A stretch of 64,000 nt of DNA, taken from Opitutales bacterium. Lineage in GTDB: Bacteria; Verrucomicrobiota; Verrucomicrobiia; Opitutales; UBA2987. The position numbers were made by a program, and so were the translations under genes. The DNA lies in assembly GCA_965226885.1 (NCBI GenBank), contig CBDDEL010000014.1, positions 192,001 to 256,000 on the forward strand. The letters are read 5' to 3'. The notes beneath the pieces were generated by a model, which saw nothing but the letters and a program-made list of their open reading frames with translations, had not been told where the DNA came from and made no database searches. Below, piece by piece: positions 61,297-64,000 of the stretch (its first letter is position 1; every line of letters starts with the position of its first letter).

Positions 61297-63579
61297 TCAA
61301 CTCTTGGAACTGGATTTATGTGCGGCTATGACCTGCCTGAGCTGCTCGGCGTCTTTTATCCGGGGATTCAACTGAAGGGCTTTGTCCAGATGGATGATGC
61401 CGGAATCCGGTTCATCAAGTTCGTAAAAAAGGATCAGGCCGAGCAGCAAATGCCCTTTATCGAAGGATGGTTTTAAATCGATCGCTTTGCGGAAAGCACT
61501 GGCCGCTTCCTCGAATCGTTTCATTTCTCTGGCCTTGATCCCCAGATTGTATTGGTAGCTGAAGTTCTCAGGTTTCAGTTCCACGGCCATGCGAAATTCC
61601 TTCAGAGCCTCTTCATGCTTGCCCAGGGAAGATTTTACGCTGGCCAGCAAATCGTGCATTCTCTCCACATTGGGGTCGATTTCAATGCCTCTCTGGAGCG
61701 CTTTTTCTGCCTCCTGGTATTCTTTCAGCAACTGGTGGCTTCTCCCCAGGAGCATTAGGCCTTGGGCGTAATAGGGGTTGTGTTTCTGATAGGCGGCCAG
61801 CAAATCCCTCGCTTTTTTCACTTTTCCGAGTTTCAGATAGATCTGGCCCTTCATCTTCATAGTTTCACTGAGCAGCGGGTTGTAACGTTTTGCCATTTCA
61901 AGCTGGGCCAGCGCTTCCTTATACTTTTCCAACCTGATGGCCACATGCATAGAATGATAATGTTCATCCGATTTAATGACGCGGTATTGCGCCATCGACC
62001 AAAGGATCAATCCTGCCAGGGACAGAATGCAGCCCGCTCCGCTCCATCGGGTACCGGCCACGATCCAGGTATCTCCACGCTCCTGATTTTTAACCGCAAC
62101 CCCCTGGTTATGGTATGAGGTGAAGAATATGGCAAAGTAAACAGCCATCAATATCGGCGGTACAGCCCGGTAGAAGGGAAAGCTGAAATTCGCATTGAGC
62201 GCCATTCCGGCCAGGGCAATCAATGCCGCTGCGCCCAATTGGCGGTCATCCGGTGGACATTCTTTTCCCAGCAGCCTGCTCATTCTCTGAACAATAAGGA
62301 CGCAGGTCCAAATGAAAATTATGGCGAATGGCAACCCCAGTTCGGACAGCAATTGCAGGTGGTCGTTGTGTCCATGCACCGCTTGTTTAAGAATGAGGCT
62401 GTTGTTTCCTCTGGGCCGTTTGATGGAGGTTGTCGGGTAGTGGATTTTGAAATTATCCGCCCCGACTCCCAATAGTGGTTTTCTGGCAATCAGCTCAAGC
62501 GTGTTCTCATATAATATAAGGCGTGATTTGACGCTCATGGCGGAATAACCCCGCAGCTTTTGAAATTTCTCATTGGCCACGCGGGTTTCCGCATCCCACA
62601 TCCCAGCAATGTAATTATATGACTCCTCGCCGCGCCAGCGCACGCCCTCCGGTGTTAGGAAGGACATCGCTATGGTCAGGGCAATGGCGGCCCCTAATGC
62701 GGCCGCTTTCTGTTTACCAAAAACGGTTTCGGTTTTGAACCGAATCTTTTCGAAAACGAAAACGGAGATGAAAAGCAGGAACTCGAAAGAAACGCAAACC
62801 CATGCCGCTTTGGTGTGGGTGTAGAATATAAAGGTATTCAAACAGGCCAGGAAGAAGGCAAAGAGCCAGATCGTCCGTTTATTTTTAGCGCTCAGCAGCA
62901 GGTAAAGACCAGCCGGGAAGACCAGCACGAAAAAGTGTCCGGCCATATTTTTATTGGCAAAGGTAATGGCCGGACGAGCCGTTTGAGGAAACCAGTCCAC
63001 TCCGAGCAAATATTGAAAAAATCCCAAAAACGACAGCACCACGGCCGAGGACACGATCGCAATAAAAATAACACGCGCCTGTTGTCTGTTTTTAATGATT
63101 TGCGCGGTCAGGAAAAAGACCAGCCCGCAGGCCGCCCAATGCGTCCATTTGGACAGTCCGGAATAGGTGTTGAAGGACCAGGTTATGGACAACAACACCC
63201 ATAAAAGAAAGGCGGCCAACGGCAGGTAAAGCCGGCATTTGACAATGGTCAGGGTTTTGGAGCGAAACTGCTCGAACAGCCAAACCGTCAGCAGCAGCAG
63301 GGAACCCAACTGGATGAGCGCGGCCTTGGGCAGATAAGAGCTGGCGTAGATTTCCTTGAAGTTCGGGAACGGGGCCAGAAAAACCAAAATCACCAGGATG
63401 TGAAAACTGGTAAAATAAGCAGTTTTTTTTGTTTTCAGTCTTAGCTTTGAGTTGGAAAATTTTTCAATCTCCAGCTGCACTTTGGCCAACGGCAGGCGCA
63501 GTTTTTTGGCCATGTCCTCGGGCGATTGCTTGCCTACAAAGCGGTGGATGTATTTCAGTTTTTTATTGGAAATACTCAT
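61297..63579 (-). CDS. O-antigen ligase-like/TPR protein, paralog 3
   Basis: TFANKN, TKAAW, PLLGVG, GHNDHLQLLSELG; start taken at MSISNKKLKY. Confidence 0.85.
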   Translation of the reverse strand: MSISNKKLKYIHRFVGKQSPEDMAKKLRLPLAKVQLEIEKFSNSKLRLKTKKTAYFTSFHILVILVFLAPFPNFKEIYASSYLPKAALIQLGSLLLLTVWLFEQFRSKTLTIVKCRLYLPLAAFLLWVLLSITWSFNTYSGLSKWTHWAACGLVFFLTAQIIKNRQQARVIFIAIVSSAVVLSFLGFFQYLLGVDWFPQTARPAITFANKNMAGHFFVLVFPAGLYLLLSAKNKRTIWLFAFFLACLNTFIFYTHTKAAWVCVSFEFLLFISVFVFEKIRFKTETVFGKQKAAALGAAIALTIAMSFLTPEGVRWRGEESYNYIAGMWDAETRVANEKFQKLRGYSAMSVKSRLILYENTLELIARKPLLGVGADNFKIHYPTTSIKRPRGNNSLILKQAVHGHNDHLQLLSELGLPFAIIFIWTCVLIVQRMSRLLGKECPPDDRQLGAAALIALAGMALNANFSFPFYRAVPPILMAVYFAIFFTSYHNQGVAVKNQERGDTWIVAGTRWSGAGCILSLAGLILWSMAQYRVIKSDEHYHSMHVAIRLEKYKEALAQLEMAKRYNPLLSETMKMKGQIYLKLGKVKKARDLLAAYQKHNPYYAQGLMLLGRSHQLLKEYQEAEKALQRGIEIDPNVERMHDLLASVKSSLGKHEEALKEFRMAVELKPENFSYQYNLGIKAREMKRFEEAASAFRKAIDLKPSFDKGHLLLGLILFYELDEPDSGIIHLDKALQLNPRIKDAEQLRQVIAAHKSSSKS

Positions 63580-63660
63580 TTTAAAAACTGTTCCCAAAAG
63601 CGGTGCAAGTCACAACCCAAAAAGGGCAGGGCAGTTTTGTAATAAATAAGGTAACCTGAT

Positions 63661-64000
63661 TCAATGTTCCGTCCTCTCGATTTGTTTCAGAAGATTTCGC
63701 AACGATTGCGCCTCCTTGCCAACAGGTTTTAGTTCAATGGCCTTTTTCAGGTGAGCGATCCCCTCCTTGGGTTGATCCAGGTGCTGAATGAGGGTCAATC
63801 CCAGGTATTTTCGGGCCGGAAAGTAATCTCCTTTTAAAGAAACGGATGTTTGCAGCGCAACGGCAGCTTCCTCGTAGCGCCCCAATAAAAATGCGGTTAC
63901 TCCCTGGTTGTAATGATAATTGCTTTTCCTGGGAACCAGCCGTGCGGCCAGTCGAAATTCTTCCAGTGCCTTTTTCGATTGGTTCAACCCGGTGTAAGCC
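63661..64000 (-). CDS. C-terminal TPR part of a probable fourth paralog (partial)
   Basis: ALEEFRLA...YHYNQG...KYLGL...EGIAHLKKAIEL.P matches the C-termini of paralogs 1-3. Confidence 0.75.
   Translation of the reverse strand, partial: AYTGLNQSKKALEEFRLAARLVPRKSNYHYNQGVTAFLLGRYEEAAVALQTSVSLKGDYFPARKYLGLTLIQHLDQPKEGIAHLKKAIELKPVGKEAQSLRNLLKQIERTEH

Overview
Bacterial chromosomal window. Protein style (glgB, tig-clpP-clpX, a Trp-rich C-terminal domain protein) suggests Verrucomicrobiota/Opitutae, which is an inference. Intact genes include glgB, a GT2-methyltransferase and YfhO-like pair, tig-clpP-clpX, an M42 peptidase, hisA, serA, a hopanoid cluster (squalene synthase-shc-hpnG), a tesA/ABC module, a sugar-acid catabolic operon, SLC13, an azurin-like protein, DUF420 and a tandem array of at least 3 (probably 4) HTH-like/O-antigen-ligase/TPR paralogs. 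Eight IS elements from five families cover about 13.1 kb (about 20%), including an IS1380 carrying both an IS21 and an IS5/ISNCY-like element. The most striking signal is about a dozen 5-40 bp tandem duplications, mostly with 0-2 bp of junction microhomology. They frameshift four ORFs and alter the tig and clpP leaders, and two are shown to be recent by comparing IS copies. The first 8.3 kb holds four consecutive broken genes. I found no rRNA, tRNA or CRISPR array.
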